The position numbers and the translations under genes were made by a program. Of a stretch of DNA of 64,000 nucleotides, positions 11,988-24,006 are shown one piece after another; position 1 is the stretch's first letter; each line of letters begins with the position of its first letter. The notes beneath the pieces are model-generated. The model saw nothing but the letters and a program-made list of their open reading frames with translations. It did no database searches and was not told the origin of the DNA. This stretch comes from Fistulifera solaris (lineage: Eukaryota), in NCBI GenBank assembly GCA_030295235.1, contig AP026155.1, positions 372,001 to 436,000 on the forward strand, read 5' to 3'.

Positions 11988-13409
11988 ATGGACGAGCCGG
12001 GAAGAAAGAGAAACGAGAATCCTGGGGAGAAAGCTCGTGCCCTCGCCGGGCAATGGGTTGCCAGCGCCGGGCAAGCGATGCAATCCTTGACGGTGAGAAA
12101 GTATACTCTACCGGACAAAAACGTGGCTTCGCAGGTTCTCATGTACCGACAATTGCTCCATACGAAATGCCGTCCTGGATTGAAGCTTTCTCGCGAGTAT
12201 CAAGGCACGCCCGCTCAAAAGGCGGTTCTCCATATGCCATGGTGGAGCAAAGGTATCGAAGAATCCGGGACGATGGAAATTGCGTATGACCCGCTGATTC
12301 GTCGTTTGTGGCTGCACGGGGCCATTTTTCCGATTCAAGACTCCCCCAACGACGTCGATACTTTTCTAGACGACGAAGGAAACCCACCAGTACCTCATGA
12401 ATTCTGGGTATCACGTTTAGGGTTTCAACAAACAGATCCGGTAACGGACTTTCGTTCGGGTGGCGTTCTTTCGTTGGCTATGATGGTTTGGATAGTAGAG
12501 TCCTGTCCAGCGGTGTTTGCTCGATTCGTTCGACCTCACGGTGACGCATCCGTTTTACCATTTGGAATTACGAGCATAAATTGTACCGATATGATGGCGA
12601 AGTTTCTAATGCTCGCCAAGGCAGTCGATCGAATGGATGCCCTTCTTTCACAAAAACCATTTTGGCGCATGTTTGCTGACCCCAATGCATTACTACTTTG
12701 TCAAGAACTCGCAATGGATATGTTAGCGGATGTAGTTGTTGAAGTACGGTCTATTCGTCAAGCGGAAGCGGAAGCATTGGAAAAGAAAGATAGCGAGGAA
12801 ACCTCCTCTTCCAATGACAAGGTTGAATATGTCACGGTCTTTGATTTTGCTCATATTCTAGGTGTAACAGAAAAGCGAGTCGAACACGACTTGCTCGGTG
12901 CAGGACCAGGAACAGTGGCTGAACTGCGCAGTATTCACAGCCGTTTGAAGACACGCTACAAGCAGCAGTTGAGTAAAAAGTTGGAAGCAATCCAGAAGAA
13001 AGATGAAGGTACAAACAAGCAGCAACCCTCTATTCGTCCATTAAGCGCGAATGCTGCTAAAGAGCTTCCACAACAAGTATTGCAACAAGCAACTGAACTC
13101 AGTTCAAAGGCCAGTGCGTTTGCGGGGAAAATGTTCACCAAGCTCAAATCTCCTGGGTTTGCTCTTCAAAGTCCGATAAGAGTGACAAGCACCGAAAGCG
13201 AAGCCGTGGTGTTTGAAGATGGGAAAAGGGAGATGCATGTACCTGTAGTTGAAGACACAACCGACGTTAGGAAAGATATCAAAGAAGATGATGTGATGGA
13301 TGAAAAACCCAGCCAGATTGATGATGGTGATTGGGTGGAAGCTGAAATACCGACGACAACAGATATGGTAGGAAACTTCAGTATCGGTGATGATGACGAA
13401 GATCTGTAA
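11988..13409 (+). CDS. ELMO/CED-12 domain protein (ELMOD-like)
   Basis: W..LGFQQTDPVTDFRSGGVLSL and LPFGITSIN motifs of the ELMO domain. Intact 473-aa ORF. Confidence 0.85.
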   Translation: MDEPGRKRNENPGEKARALAGQWVASAGQAMQSLTVRKYTLPDKNVASQVLMYRQLLHTKCRPGLKLSREYQGTPAQKAVLHMPWWSKGIEESGTMEIAYDPLIRRLWLHGAIFPIQDSPNDVDTFLDDEGNPPVPHEFWVSRLGFQQTDPVTDFRSGGVLSLAMMVWIVESCPAVFARFVRPHGDASVLPFGITSINCTDMMAKFLMLAKAVDRMDALLSQKPFWRMFADPNALLLCQELAMDMLADVVVEVRSIRQAEAEALEKKDSEETSSSNDKVEYVTVFDFAHILGVTEKRVEHDLLGAGPGTVAELRSIHSRLKTRYKQQLSKKLEAIQKKDEGTNKQQPSIRPLSANAAKELPQQVLQQATELSSKASAFAGKMFTKLKSPGFALQSPIRVTSTESEAVVFEDGKREMHVPVVEDTTDVRKDIKEDDVMDEKPSQIDDGDWVEAEIPTTTDMVGNFSIGDDDEDL

Positions 13410-13487
13410 CTGGTAATCTATTACGGAGTATTCATTTATTCGAACAAACCAACATGCACTTAGTACGCATCTCTTTCGTTTCATTAA

Positions 13488-14036
13488 TTAATCAAAGCCA
13501 ATAAATCCTCCCACGCGTAGCATTTCTTCGACCTGTCCAGGTAAACTAATTCCGGTCCAGTATTCTGTCAAAAGTCCAGTCACAAGAAAGAACATGGCGG
13601 TTCGTCCGTTGATGAGCTCCGCAGTAGGAACCCAGCCAACATTGATGGATGCTTCATACTCCTCCTTCTCCCGCTGCGCCCTCCACTTTTCCTCTAGTTT
13701 ACCCAAAGCAGCAGCTTGCATGGCTATCTGATCCTGTGAAAGGACCTGTTTCCCCGGAATTTGCGTCGGATCCGAGATCCAGTCATCGTCTTGCGCATAC
13801 TTTTCATCCCAATTGTAATCCCCCGGAATTTGGGGAAGTTCGGGACGGTCCGGGTTTTGTGCCGGTTCTGCCATCATGTTGGGATTTTGTGCTAACTTGT
13901 CCTGCAAAAACTTGTTGTTGGCGACCGAGTCGTCCGACATGTAGAGACGCGTGTTTGTGCTAGAGACCGCCGTTGGAATCACAAAGGCCGACGCGCACGT
14001 GACAGTCATTGATACTAGAGCAATGAATCGGAACAT
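13488..14036 (-). CDS. Plastid-targeted LHC-like one-helix protein (OHP2/HLIP/SEP-like)
   Basis: Signal peptide ending CASA-FV. Chlorophyll-binding motif AELINGRTAM followed by a single TM helix. Confidence 0.85.
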   Translation of the reverse strand: MFRFIALVSMTVTCASAFVIPTAVSSTNTRLYMSDDSVANNKFLQDKLAQNPNMMAEPAQNPDRPELPQIPGDYNWDEKYAQDDDWISDPTQIPGKQVLSQDQIAMQAAALGKLEEKWRAQREKEEYEASINVGWVPTAELINGRTAMFFLVTGLLTEYWTGISLPGQVEEMLRVGGFIGFD

Positions 14037-14398
14037 GATGCTGATTGTTTGATAGTGAAGTTAAACAAGATATGAGAAAAGAGATGTCCGGGTGAGAGGT
14101 GAGATGCATGGAACGTTCAACTTCATTCGAAGGCGAGCATCGAAGGGCAATTCATCCAACATATACAAACTTTGTGCCTTTCGCGGCACTCCAACTCACA
14201 TTTATTCCACTATAGATGATTCTAAAATGAGACTTGCGTTGCTTCAAATTAACTAATGTTTAGAGCCTCGAGCGACTGTTTTGATTTGTTACGATTCTTG
14301 ATAGGATGGTCCCAATAAACGCAGTCCCCATCGTGGTTTTCCTTGTTTTGGATGCTCTCGCACTCCGATAGCGGATAGATAGCATAGAGTCAGTGCAG

Positions 14399-14512
14399 TG
14401 ACGTCCGTGAATCCGTCCGCTTGTCCGTCCGCAATCTGTGGAGCATCTGAATCAAGAATTTTTGGTCCCTTGCATGACATCATTAATGTTTGCAGCTGAA
14501 GCGACCACGTCA
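14399..14512. promoter_or_regulatory. Two opposed TGACGT (bZIP/aureochrome-type) boxes in a bidirectional promoter
   Basis: TGACGT at 14399-14404 and CCACGTCA at 14505-14512, between divergent photosynthesis genes. Confidence 0.45.
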
Positions 14513-14817
14513 TCCACTCCCTTTTGAAAAAGAGTAAGAAAAAAACCGTCTTTAGGCTACCGCTACGAGCTTTCTCAATACATTAAAGCTAATAGCAAAT
14601 CCGCCCACTTGATCACACTGTACAAAGGATGTCGGTTGCAACTTCTGACACTGATTTTTGGGAACACGTTTACGCAAAAATGTCATCCTGCAAAGGAGAA
14701 AAACGAAAAAAAAAGGACCAGCGTCGTCTTTCTTGCATTCATCATCTTTCGGCAACGTGTTCATTTTCATTCCCATTCCTTTGCAAAAGTCTACATTACA
14801 CTTTAATTTATCACAAA

Positions 14818-15223
14818 ATGGCACGACTTTCCCTCGTTGCAATTACAATTGCTCTCGTGCAGGTAGTAAATGGGTTCACAGGTGAGTATTATTATCTTAC
14901 GAGATGATGCGTTTTGACGGGCCCGTACGATTGTGTCTAACAGATGCGCTCTACTCTTACTAGTTCCCAGCATGAACTCTCTGCCACAAACCGCATTATT
15001 CATGGCCGATGACAATCAAGCAGCTCCCGTCAAGGAACGTGGTGTCAGTTTCGATCAGGACGGCAAATCGAACGTATGGGCGATTGAACCCAAGGTCGAA
15101 ATTTCGACCAAAAGTGGAGAAGAGCAAACCAAGACGGCCTTGATTGCTGGAGGAGGTCTAGTGGCGGCAGCAGTGGCAGCGGCGGCGATCCTGACGAATT
15201 TGCCGGATCCCAATCAGTTTTAA
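14818..15223 (+). CDS. psb34: Plastid-targeted Psb34-like small photosystem II protein, 2 exons
   Basis: Signal peptide ..VNG-FTVP. Intron 14882-14963. DQDGKSNVWAIEPKV followed by TM LIAGGGLVAAAV resembles cyanobacterial Psb34 (DEGGRLNNFAIEPKV..LVGGGLL, from memory). Confidence 0.7.
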
Positions 15224-15502
15224 AGCGAAGGAATGATGCGACAGCTACTAGGCAGTCGGGCAACAGTATTGTAGTAAATTAAAGCGTGCCTTGTGTCGCC
15301 GTATTATTTGTCTCTCCTGGTTGATTCGTTGCTATCATTTTGCTGTATCGTTCGTGACGAGCTTAGTGTTCTGATGAGATAGTGGGTACCATTTGTCAAA
15401 AACATAAAGTGCCGGTGTTTTAGATTGCAGCTTGGCTGCCATGTCTGTTACTCATTCTTATGTTTCTTCTTCTAACTTTGTTAATTCGACGCGAGCCTCT
15501 CA

Positions 15503-16780
15503 TCATAGGTCGCGACGGCCTTTATCTCTTCGACTCGTAAAGAGGCACAATTGCGTCGCGACGACGCCAGCCCCAATCAAAATGGCCATTGCGATGTAAT
15601 AGTGCGGGCCCACATCAAATACAACGGAGTCCGTCTCGTCACTATTCGGTACGTAAACGTGATCGAAGGGTTGATCTGGTGTCGCGCGGGGCTTAGTGCG
15701 AGTTTCCTTGCCGGTGGATGCCTTCCAGCTTTCCCCCCGTTTCTTAACAGCTTCTCTGTCTCGTTGAATTTGCTTCGCATGGCTTTCCACGCGTTTGTTA
15801 ATCTTTTCTTGATCGTGTATTCTTGCATCTTTCGCTTCCTTTCGTGCTTTTGTGACTTCTCCTTCTTCTTCTTCTTCTTTGTGATGTTCGATGTCTGTTT
15901 CCGTATCATTTTCGGCTGTCCACTCCAATTCCAGCGCCTTCGTTCTGTACAATGTGGTGGGGTCACTCGCCAGCGCATAAATTCCCGAAATGTAAATTGT
16001 GCGCTCTTCGTCTAAACTTAATTCAGGCCATTCATCACTAGCACTCACCAGTGCCATGTGCGGACACGATGTTGTACCAACCGTAGCACCGGCCGTGGCA
16101 TGAATCACCAGTGTGGAAAAGTCGACATTCCGGAGAGCGACACGGGGCAGTTCGACGGTCCCATCCATGTACAATTCCGCCGTTTCCGAATGGACGACGG
16201 GGCGACTCGCCAACGTGTCGATCGACGTCCAGTCGACGCTCGCACAAGATTGCATCAATGCTTCGTACCATTCCTTCTCCAAGTTGGGTTGCTCTCCGGC
16301 CGGCGGATCAATGATAAATTTTGGAGTGAGACGTACGGCTTCGTGACCCGCTGCCCAACCCGCCCACACGGTCACGGACGCGCGCGCATCTTTCAAGGTG
16401 AGTTCAACAATATCCTTGGCGCGTCCGGCAATCCGACGATCCATGTCACACGATCCACCCACAAAAGCAGCACCCGTTCCGTTCACTTCCATGACATATT
16501 GATAATCTCGATTGGTGGATGGATTTTCGGTGAGAACTTGGAGTGCCACTTTCGTTGGAAACGTCGTACCGGCCGGCAGGGGTCCTCCGACGAGCTGAAT
16601 GTGCATCATGGGATCGTCCGATTCTTCGTGACTGACGACACGGTGGTTCATGATGACTTCGTCGGTACTTAAATCCGTCCAGCAATTACTGCGTGATAAT
16701 AAATACGTGGCAAAGGATCGCGTCGGACGGGGTTGTTGCCCTATGAAAAAGGCCGTGACGAGTAAACGCCAGTATTGCAT
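15503..16780 (-). CDS. Secreted/type I membrane protein, possible reeler-like N-terminal domain
   Basis: Signal-like N-terminus, VWAGWAAGHEAV motif, charged stalk and C-terminal TM with short basic tail. Confidence 0.65.
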   Translation of the reverse strand: MQYWRLLVTAFFIGQQPRPTRSFATYLLSRSNCWTDLSTDEVIMNHRVVSHEESDDPMMHIQLVGGPLPAGTTFPTKVALQVLTENPSTNRDYQYVMEVNGTGAAFVGGSCDMDRRIAGRAKDIVELTLKDARASVTVWAGWAAGHEAVRLTPKFIIDPPAGEQPNLEKEWYEALMQSCASVDWTSIDTLASRPVVHSETAELYMDGTVELPRVALRNVDFSTLVIHATAGATVGTTSCPHMALVSASDEWPELSLDEERTIYISGIYALASDPTTLYRTKALELEWTAENDTETDIEHHKEEEEEGEVTKARKEAKDARIHDQEKINKRVESHAKQIQRDREAVKKRGESWKASTGKETRTKPRATPDQPFDHVYVPNSDETDSVVFDVGPHYYIAMAILIGAGVVATQLCLFTSRRDKGRRDL

Positions 16781-17524
16781 TTTTTTAAAGGCGCTTTTGA
16801 CTGATTGTTGTATCTGCGATTCGATGGGAGTGTTTTCCTCCGTCTCCGATTGACGTAATAGAGATTTAGTCGTCTTTAATGATATAGAGCGGTAATCCGT
16901 TCCTCCTCGTATCAATCGACGCCATGGTCAGTTTTTGGATTTCATGATGATGCCATTTCCGTAGTTGGTGCCCACTCCCCACGAATGAAAAGGACAGCGA
17001 TCACGAATCATAATCAACGGTACGATGAAATGAGTCATGAGTCGACCTAGAAAATCGAACAAAACAAATCTCAAGTAAAAAACGACAAACTAGTTGCCCC
17101 GAACGAAAGAAAAGACTGTGCTTTTACCACCAATTGAGGAAAGATGAGCTCCGTGTGCGCACAAGAGGGAAAAATAGCAAATCGAAAAGCATTGGAAATT
17201 GCATAAATTCCGTAGCAATTGAGGATTTGTCTAATAGTGGCGACATGCGCCTAAATGAACGCTTTTTTACTATAGTATCACTGCCTAGGAAGTTAAAAGC
17301 ACGGCATTCGTTGCTCTGGTATTAATATCTTTTTTTCGAAAGAACTTGCTTGCCGATACACGGACTGTCGTTGTCTATCTTATAACAAAGTCGAATGGGC
17401 ACCAGCACGCACACAAAGATGTCTAGTAACGTGTCTTTTGAGCACATGACCATGCATGCACAATCAATCTGAAATGAGCGGTATAGAATTCTGGTCCTCC
17501 GTTCGGAATTCACAGGCGTTGCTC

Positions 17525-20500
17525 TCAACGCATTCGTGCTTTCTCGTAATTGCGTTCCATCTCCTGCATTCGCTTCTGCTTCATCTCTAAAGACTTCTTA
17601 GTTCTTTCGCCAATAATTTTGGCCCTGTTCACAGCAGAAGGATCTAGGAACGGATGGCTCAAAATCGTTTTGCAGGTTATCGTCGGGTCTGCTTTCATCG
17701 CTAGAACCCAGATTAGAAAATCTTGTGCAAGGGGATCCAATATATTCTCGTATATCGTATATTCAAGTTCCTCATCTTCAAGATGCCGTCTCGTTATCTG
17801 GCCAAAGTTCGATATGCCGGACATCAACGTGAAGACCAGAATTCCTAGCGCCCAGAAATCGAGTCTTCGATTCGAAAGTGCAAGTGCGTACGGAAGCGAC
17901 GGTAAGACAAGCGTGCCCTGTGTCTGGCTTTCGAAGAAGCATCGAGCGACGGTGAATGTTCCCTTCTTGGTATCAAGAACTGGCTGGAGTGCACAAGCTG
18001 CTATTTGAACACCGAAAAGTTTCTCCACTTGGCTCCAGTATTGCTTATAGATTAGATATTCAGATGGCGAAAGTGAGACGAAAAACTCAGGTGGGAGCGA
18101 TTCCAAATTGAAGGGAACAAACCCGTCGGGTTTAATGGATCCGAAGAAAGTACAATCGGTCGTTTTCGTCAAAGAATACAACGATTGCAGACACCAAGTT
18201 TTGGTTTCGCCGTAGCCACATAAACAGATGTTTCTAGTGGTCACCTGACCGTGCACAAAACCTTTGTCGTGGAAAAAGCTCAAGGTCTGCAGTAAGTTTC
18301 GAGCCAAGCTGCGGATCTCATCGATTTCCAGAGGGCCGTATTCCATCAAGTATTCATGCAAGGTCCCCCGTGACGATGCAGGGTACACTAAAGCAAAAGG
18401 ATAGTCTTTCAGGGTCAGTTCATGCCGTCTGACTTGACTTGATTTGCGACTTCCGTATAAGATAAGGCTCTTGAATCTGTCGTCGCCTGTATCATGCTTG
18501 TAAATGCGATCTTGCTTTCTTTCAGAGCTCATAGCAGAATAATAAGACAACAAAGGGGAAACTCCAATATGTGGACAAGGTCTTCCGTCAACAGGGATGT
18601 CTAAATTGGTTCGATGTTCGACTTCAGTCTTGTACTCTTCCAGGTTTTTAGTAAACTTCATCCAAATTGGTCTCTTCCAATAGCTAAACGTCGCACCAAT
18701 ATCTGCAGGAAGTTCTCCGCTTGTCCATATTTGCTCCTCTGATATTCCAGGTCGTCTTGCATCAGTTTCTGTCTCGGTTGTAAAGATCCATTCGAATGCT
18801 CGAACGAGCAGGCTAGACCCGTCATCGCTCCTATAGATTAAAATATCGTCCTCTGTATCAAATTCGTATTTTCCAAGGAAGTAGCAAGTTTTGTATATGA
18901 GTTCTCGGCACTTAGGACTCGCCCTGTCTCGGAACGTCGAACCGAATAGAGATTCGTGTGGAGGGAAATACATCGCTGCAAATGGCGGCAGAGACATTGT
19001 TGTAAGAGTCTGAGCCGTTTCAAAGTCAATCTCGTCCAGTATCTCGCCAACTTGCACCGAATAATTGTCGTTCGGGTTGTGAGGCTCGCAGTAAAGCGAG
19101 AAGAAGGTCCACAAACGAAAAGCGACTTCACTGATAAAACGAGGTTTTTGGTGAGATTTGGGTGACAAAGAGCTCATGTTGGGAGGTCGGCTGCTATCAT
19201 CTACCTCCTTGCCAAAACCGTTCACACATTCAGGTTTCTCCTTATTCGCTCTACTTTTCGCTTCTTCAAATAGCAAGTCGACGTTTTTGGTGTGACCCTC
19301 GTCTGTCGGCACGCCGCGTCGCTTTTTTCTTTTTCTTTGCCAATCTTTTCTGATATGGGAGATCTTCTATTTCATCTTGATAGTCGATTTCTTCTTCGTC
19401 GTCATCATTATCGCTAGATAGGTATTCATCCTGGCTGTTGCTATCTTCTGATCCAGTTGTACTTCCAGATTCGGCATTAGTCGGCAGATCATAGTCAAAT
19501 TTGGTGTTCTCTTCGTCGTATATCGAAGAGGAATTGGGCACAATGCCCAGATCATGTCCGTTGTCAGCCACATGCATAATCTTTTTGTTGCTGTGGCATT
19601 ATGCGACCTCTTGAGCTGTTTTGGAATTACCACTCGACTCTCAGGATCCGAACCGAGAACAAGATTAGAGAGTGAGTGCGATATTTCCAGATCCATTTCG
19701 CATTGTTCTTTGCTGTTCCCTTGATCGAGATGAAAGGTTCCGTTTCCGTTCAATTCATCAACGATCAATCGAACGCACTGGGACAGCAATCCTTGTCGAT
19801 GCCGATGTGAACCTAATGTTGGACCGAAACTGTACAGCAGTTCTCTTATGTGATGCCATTCTTCCTGCGTGTCACGGAAGCGAGATTGACGCATATCATG
19901 AAGATCGAGAGGGCTATACGCGTGGCGGTTGTGGGTCGAGTAATGCAGTGCAGCATCCGGGTTGAGTTGCAGCACTCGTAAAAGGTTGACATACGGAAGA
20001 GCTTCGAACATTACAGTAAGATGGAGAGGAAGCATCCCGAACTGAGAGTCAGCAAGCGTCAGTGTGAGTGGTTTAGCGGTCAGCGGACGCAGTAGTAGCG
20101 TAGCTTTTTCGAAGCAACGTCGTATTCTTCTTGTGAAGCATCGGAGAGAGGATTGTCGTCTGAAGTTTGGGAACCACAGGCAATAGAAATCAAGGGATCG
20201 GTAAGAATATTATGGGCTGGTAAGTCATTCGCAGGACCAACTTGAAGAGCCGCTTGTGGGTACTTTTCCATTATGAGCTCAATTGTCTTCAGACCCGCTT
20301 TATTTTTCACTGCGTAGTGCAAGGGGTACATGCCCGATGCGTCTTCCATTTTCAAACCCAGGCGTCCATCAATGACTGTTCCGTGCGTCCCTGCTTCGTA
20401 TTGTTGAAGTAAAAGTGACACCAAGGCGGCTGTTTGACGGGGCGCGGCAAAAGTTGTGAATGCACTGTGTAAGGGGACTTTCATTTCTTCTGTGGCATGC

Positions 20501-21819
20501 ACAAGTGCATTAGGAAAGTACTGCAGCAGCAACTCAATCGTCGGCAAAGCAACAGCACACTCCACAGCCAAGTGCAGCGGTAAACGGCCCATGGAGTCCT
20601 CTAGCGTAGCAATGTTTATGGCCGCGGAGTCATCCGGGTGCTTGAGAAGCAAGTTCATTAACGATGAGCTCGGTGAGAACGCTGGAGGTCCTCCTTCTAT
20701 CAAGTTGTATTGCGTGCTTTTGGGTTTCTCGGCTCGCTGTAGATAATTCATCGTTCCAAGGAGCACCATGAGCGGAGTTTGCATTGCAGAATCACGGGTC
20801 GCAAGTTGTCCCACGTGACTGGCCAAGACCGATTGCAGCACTTGAATCGGAAGATTATTGGTATCGTGGAAGTAATTATACGCCACAAAGACACACACCC
20901 AATGCAAAGGAGTTCTTCCCAGACAATCTGCAGTCCGCGCCACGCGACTGCTGGTCAGCATCTGAACGAGTTCTTTGCTGATGGAATGACGCCACCAGGG
21001 TTCTCCCGACCATGGCTCGCCCGAAACATCTTTAGCACCGTCTCCCAACGATCCGGCCCCTAAATAGCGATGCAAAGCCGTTCTTCCAAACCGATCGGTG
21101 AAACTTTGCGAAGCGGGATGTGCTTGAAGTAACACATGGATGGTGCGTAAGTTGGCTCCGTTCATCACCGCGTAGTGCAGAGGTAAACAGCCATCGACCG
21201 CGTCGTGGACGACCGCCGCTGATCCAGTGGACGGCAAGGACGGCAACGGAAAGTCACGACGCGTTTCTTCACCCGCGCAATCGCGGTCCGAGCCTGCAAT
21301 CGTCAAGACATGCGAGCAAAGAGAAGCGACCAGCGCCGGTGATCGTTGGGGTGCATGGTGGAGAAACAGATAGTGCAAAGCCGTCTGGCCGGAATGGTCG
21401 CGATGAATCAGAGATTCGGGGCATGCCTTTGCCAGAATGACAATAACTTCATCTAGTTGGGGGCTGACGGGATATCGGCAAGCATATTGGATCGGTACGC
21501 GGTCTCGAGGACAGGTAGCTCGCAAGGCCGAAGGACCCAATTGACACAGCGCGGCACATATTTCGGGTGGAATTTTGTGCAAGACATTGCGCAACAATGA
21601 TTCCCCCGAAGTACGATCGTGCCGTAACTCCGCTTTCAGTTCCGAGCAAGCCACAAAATGAGACGGCAAAGGAGAATCGAAAGGAAGTTCCGGCGCATCG
21701 TCGATTTCGTCGCAATGATCTTCGAGATACTCCAAAACGTGCTTCCATTTGACTCCGCTATTGGGTACAGCCGCTGTGTCGATGAGCTTTTGCAGGGTAC
21801 CAATCTTTCTTCCGAACAT
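17525..21819 (-). CDS. Large ankyrin-like repeat protein with C-terminal kinase-like (pseudokinase) domain
   Basis: Many G-x-[LT]-[PA]-LH repeats. C-terminal GTLHEYL, FFHDKGFVHG..TRNI, LPPE, DFWALGIL, ILSHPFL. Four ORFs join through single-base indels at T-runs 20105, 19582 and 19323. Confidence 0.75.
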
Positions 21820-22273
21820 AATTAAAATTTAACGCATTAAGCTATTCACACAAGAATGATATTTTTACAATAAAATGCGCAATGTTCTTGTCGACTTTTT
21901 TGTCGTCATAGTTGATGTTGTTGATGCCCTTCGCACTCGCACCGCGAGTGAAGACTTTTTCGCCTACGGTCGATGCTTTACAAAGTATTCAGCCCCTCCA
22001 CGCGTACCAGGTATCAATAAATTCGGGGAACTTTACCAAGTCGTCTCGACCTCCGTTTACTAGCTCTAGAGTCTAGCTAACAACTTCAATCGACCAACGA
22101 TGAGCCGTTTTTGTGATTCTATTTAGTTTACTACACCAACTTGGAACATCACATGCATCATTCGTTGCATAAGCTGCATTGTATCTCTACGCCTCGTGAC
22201 TGAAATTCTGCGAGAAGAGAAAAGTTTTGAACCTTTGACAAACGTTGCTAATAATAAAGGAGACGAGTTCCCA

Positions 22274-23321
22274 TTAATCTGTCTTTTTCGATCGCTTGAC
22301 TCCCACTTGGTAGCGTCCAAGGAAGAAAAGAACGAATAAGTACAGATAGCTGCCGTACATGATGAAATTGGGGACGAGGTGATATTGAACCGTCATGAAA
22401 CATCCGGCCGGCTTTTCGATAAACAGCAAGTACGATCCAAACATTGTGACACTCACACCCCCGACCATTTGAGCAATTTGCGCAATGGTGATCCACTTGG
22501 CATTCAGCCACTTGGGTTTTAAATGAACCGCCATCAAAAAATAGTAAAAATACATAATGGCATGCACGGCATAGTTCATGACGGCGAAAATAATGGCTGT
22601 GGGAGGGTTCATGATGTATCCTTGCCAGCAAAAGAGAAGAACCGAGATGTGGTGGTACCAGTGTAAAAAAAATTAATGGCTTCTTGTGCACCACGATAAA
22701 GAAGGTGTCCACCAACTCCCTATGACAACGGTGAGTGCCTCGAGTTCTTTGAAAGCCGAATGAATACGTGCAACAAAACAGTGACTTACGGAATTTTAGA
22801 CAAGACAAAGAATTGCGGAGAAATTCCAGCGGTTCCACTGCCCACGTTGGATTCTGGATCATAGCAGAAATTTTCTCTCCAGCTATAGAACATGTAGTTG
22901 TGAATCAAAACAGGCAAAAGCCGACACAAACCCCAGAAAGAAAACAGTGAGAGTGAAAAGTTCCAGAGTGCCAGTGTCTTTCGCATGTTCCAAGCCGGTC
23001 GATTCGCAAAATAGCGGCGTCCGGCGATGATGGCGACGCCGTAGAATAAGACGACCCAAACGGCCAAGAAAGGGCGTTCTCGCATCCAATCTCGGACAGG
23101 AACGGGATCGTACGTCTTCTCGAAGCTAAGAAAAAGACCCGGTAAGAATACAGTTGTTGATTGCGTCTTAAAGATTGCCGCAAAAAAACTTACGGTGTTA
23201 AGGTTTTCTCGATCCACGGATACAGGCAACTAAACTCTTCATATTGCACTCCGGCCACATTTGTGCGCACGCATTTCCCGGAAGGATCCGATGGGTGCCA
23301 TTGATACATTTGGTCATCCAT
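22274..23321 (-). CDS. Fatty-acid elongase (GNS1/SUR4, ELOVL6/delta0-type) paralog 1, 3 exons
   Basis: LSKIPELVDTFFIV, HWYHH, MNYAVHAIMYFYY, ITIAQIAQM, C-terminal KKTD. Introns 23126-23193 and 22720-22789. Frameshift in the A8 run 22665-22672. Confidence 0.9.
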
Positions 23322-24006
23322 GTCGATTGCTTTGTACCAGTTTTGAATCAATGAAAAGAAAAAGGTTGTCCTTCCCTAGCCTCTAGCAGCGTTTATTGTG
23401 CGAGAGGTGTGGGGTCCATCGAACGTCATTTCCGCCTAACACCAAGAGGAGAGAAAGCGATTCGTCGAAATGTTTAGCTGATACAAGAAAGTCGAAAGTG
23501 GCAGTAACATTTCCTCTATGTCTGATAAGCTGTTGTCTCAATGGCGCGAATTGCCTAAGTATTGATTTATATAGCTGTAAAGTCGTGGGTACCACTGTAA
23601 GAACAAAACGTCCGACTTTCCTGTTATGCCAGAATTACGAGTACCTAAGGAATGGTGCCGTTGAGGAAAAATGACAGGCATAAACAGTGGAGTCATTCCC
23701 AATTACGACAGGGGGGAACAGTAGTTTGTATCGTGAGTTGAAAGTCGGACAGAATAACTAAAATAATCGCTACTTGATAAGTTGAAACGGCATCGCGGTA
23801 TCCGTTGCGGCATGGACCTCTCGTTTTCAGAGATAACAACGCCCGGAAAATTTGGCGTGCGACGCAACGTTCTTGGTATCATCATCAACAACAACAACAA
23901 CGAAGACTCCTCCTTCGTCGTCTCTCCTTACATTGCAGTTCACAAGCTCTCGTGCAGCCTTTTGATTCATATCGTCAAAAGACTTTGCTCCTTGCGCGAT
24001 AGAAAA

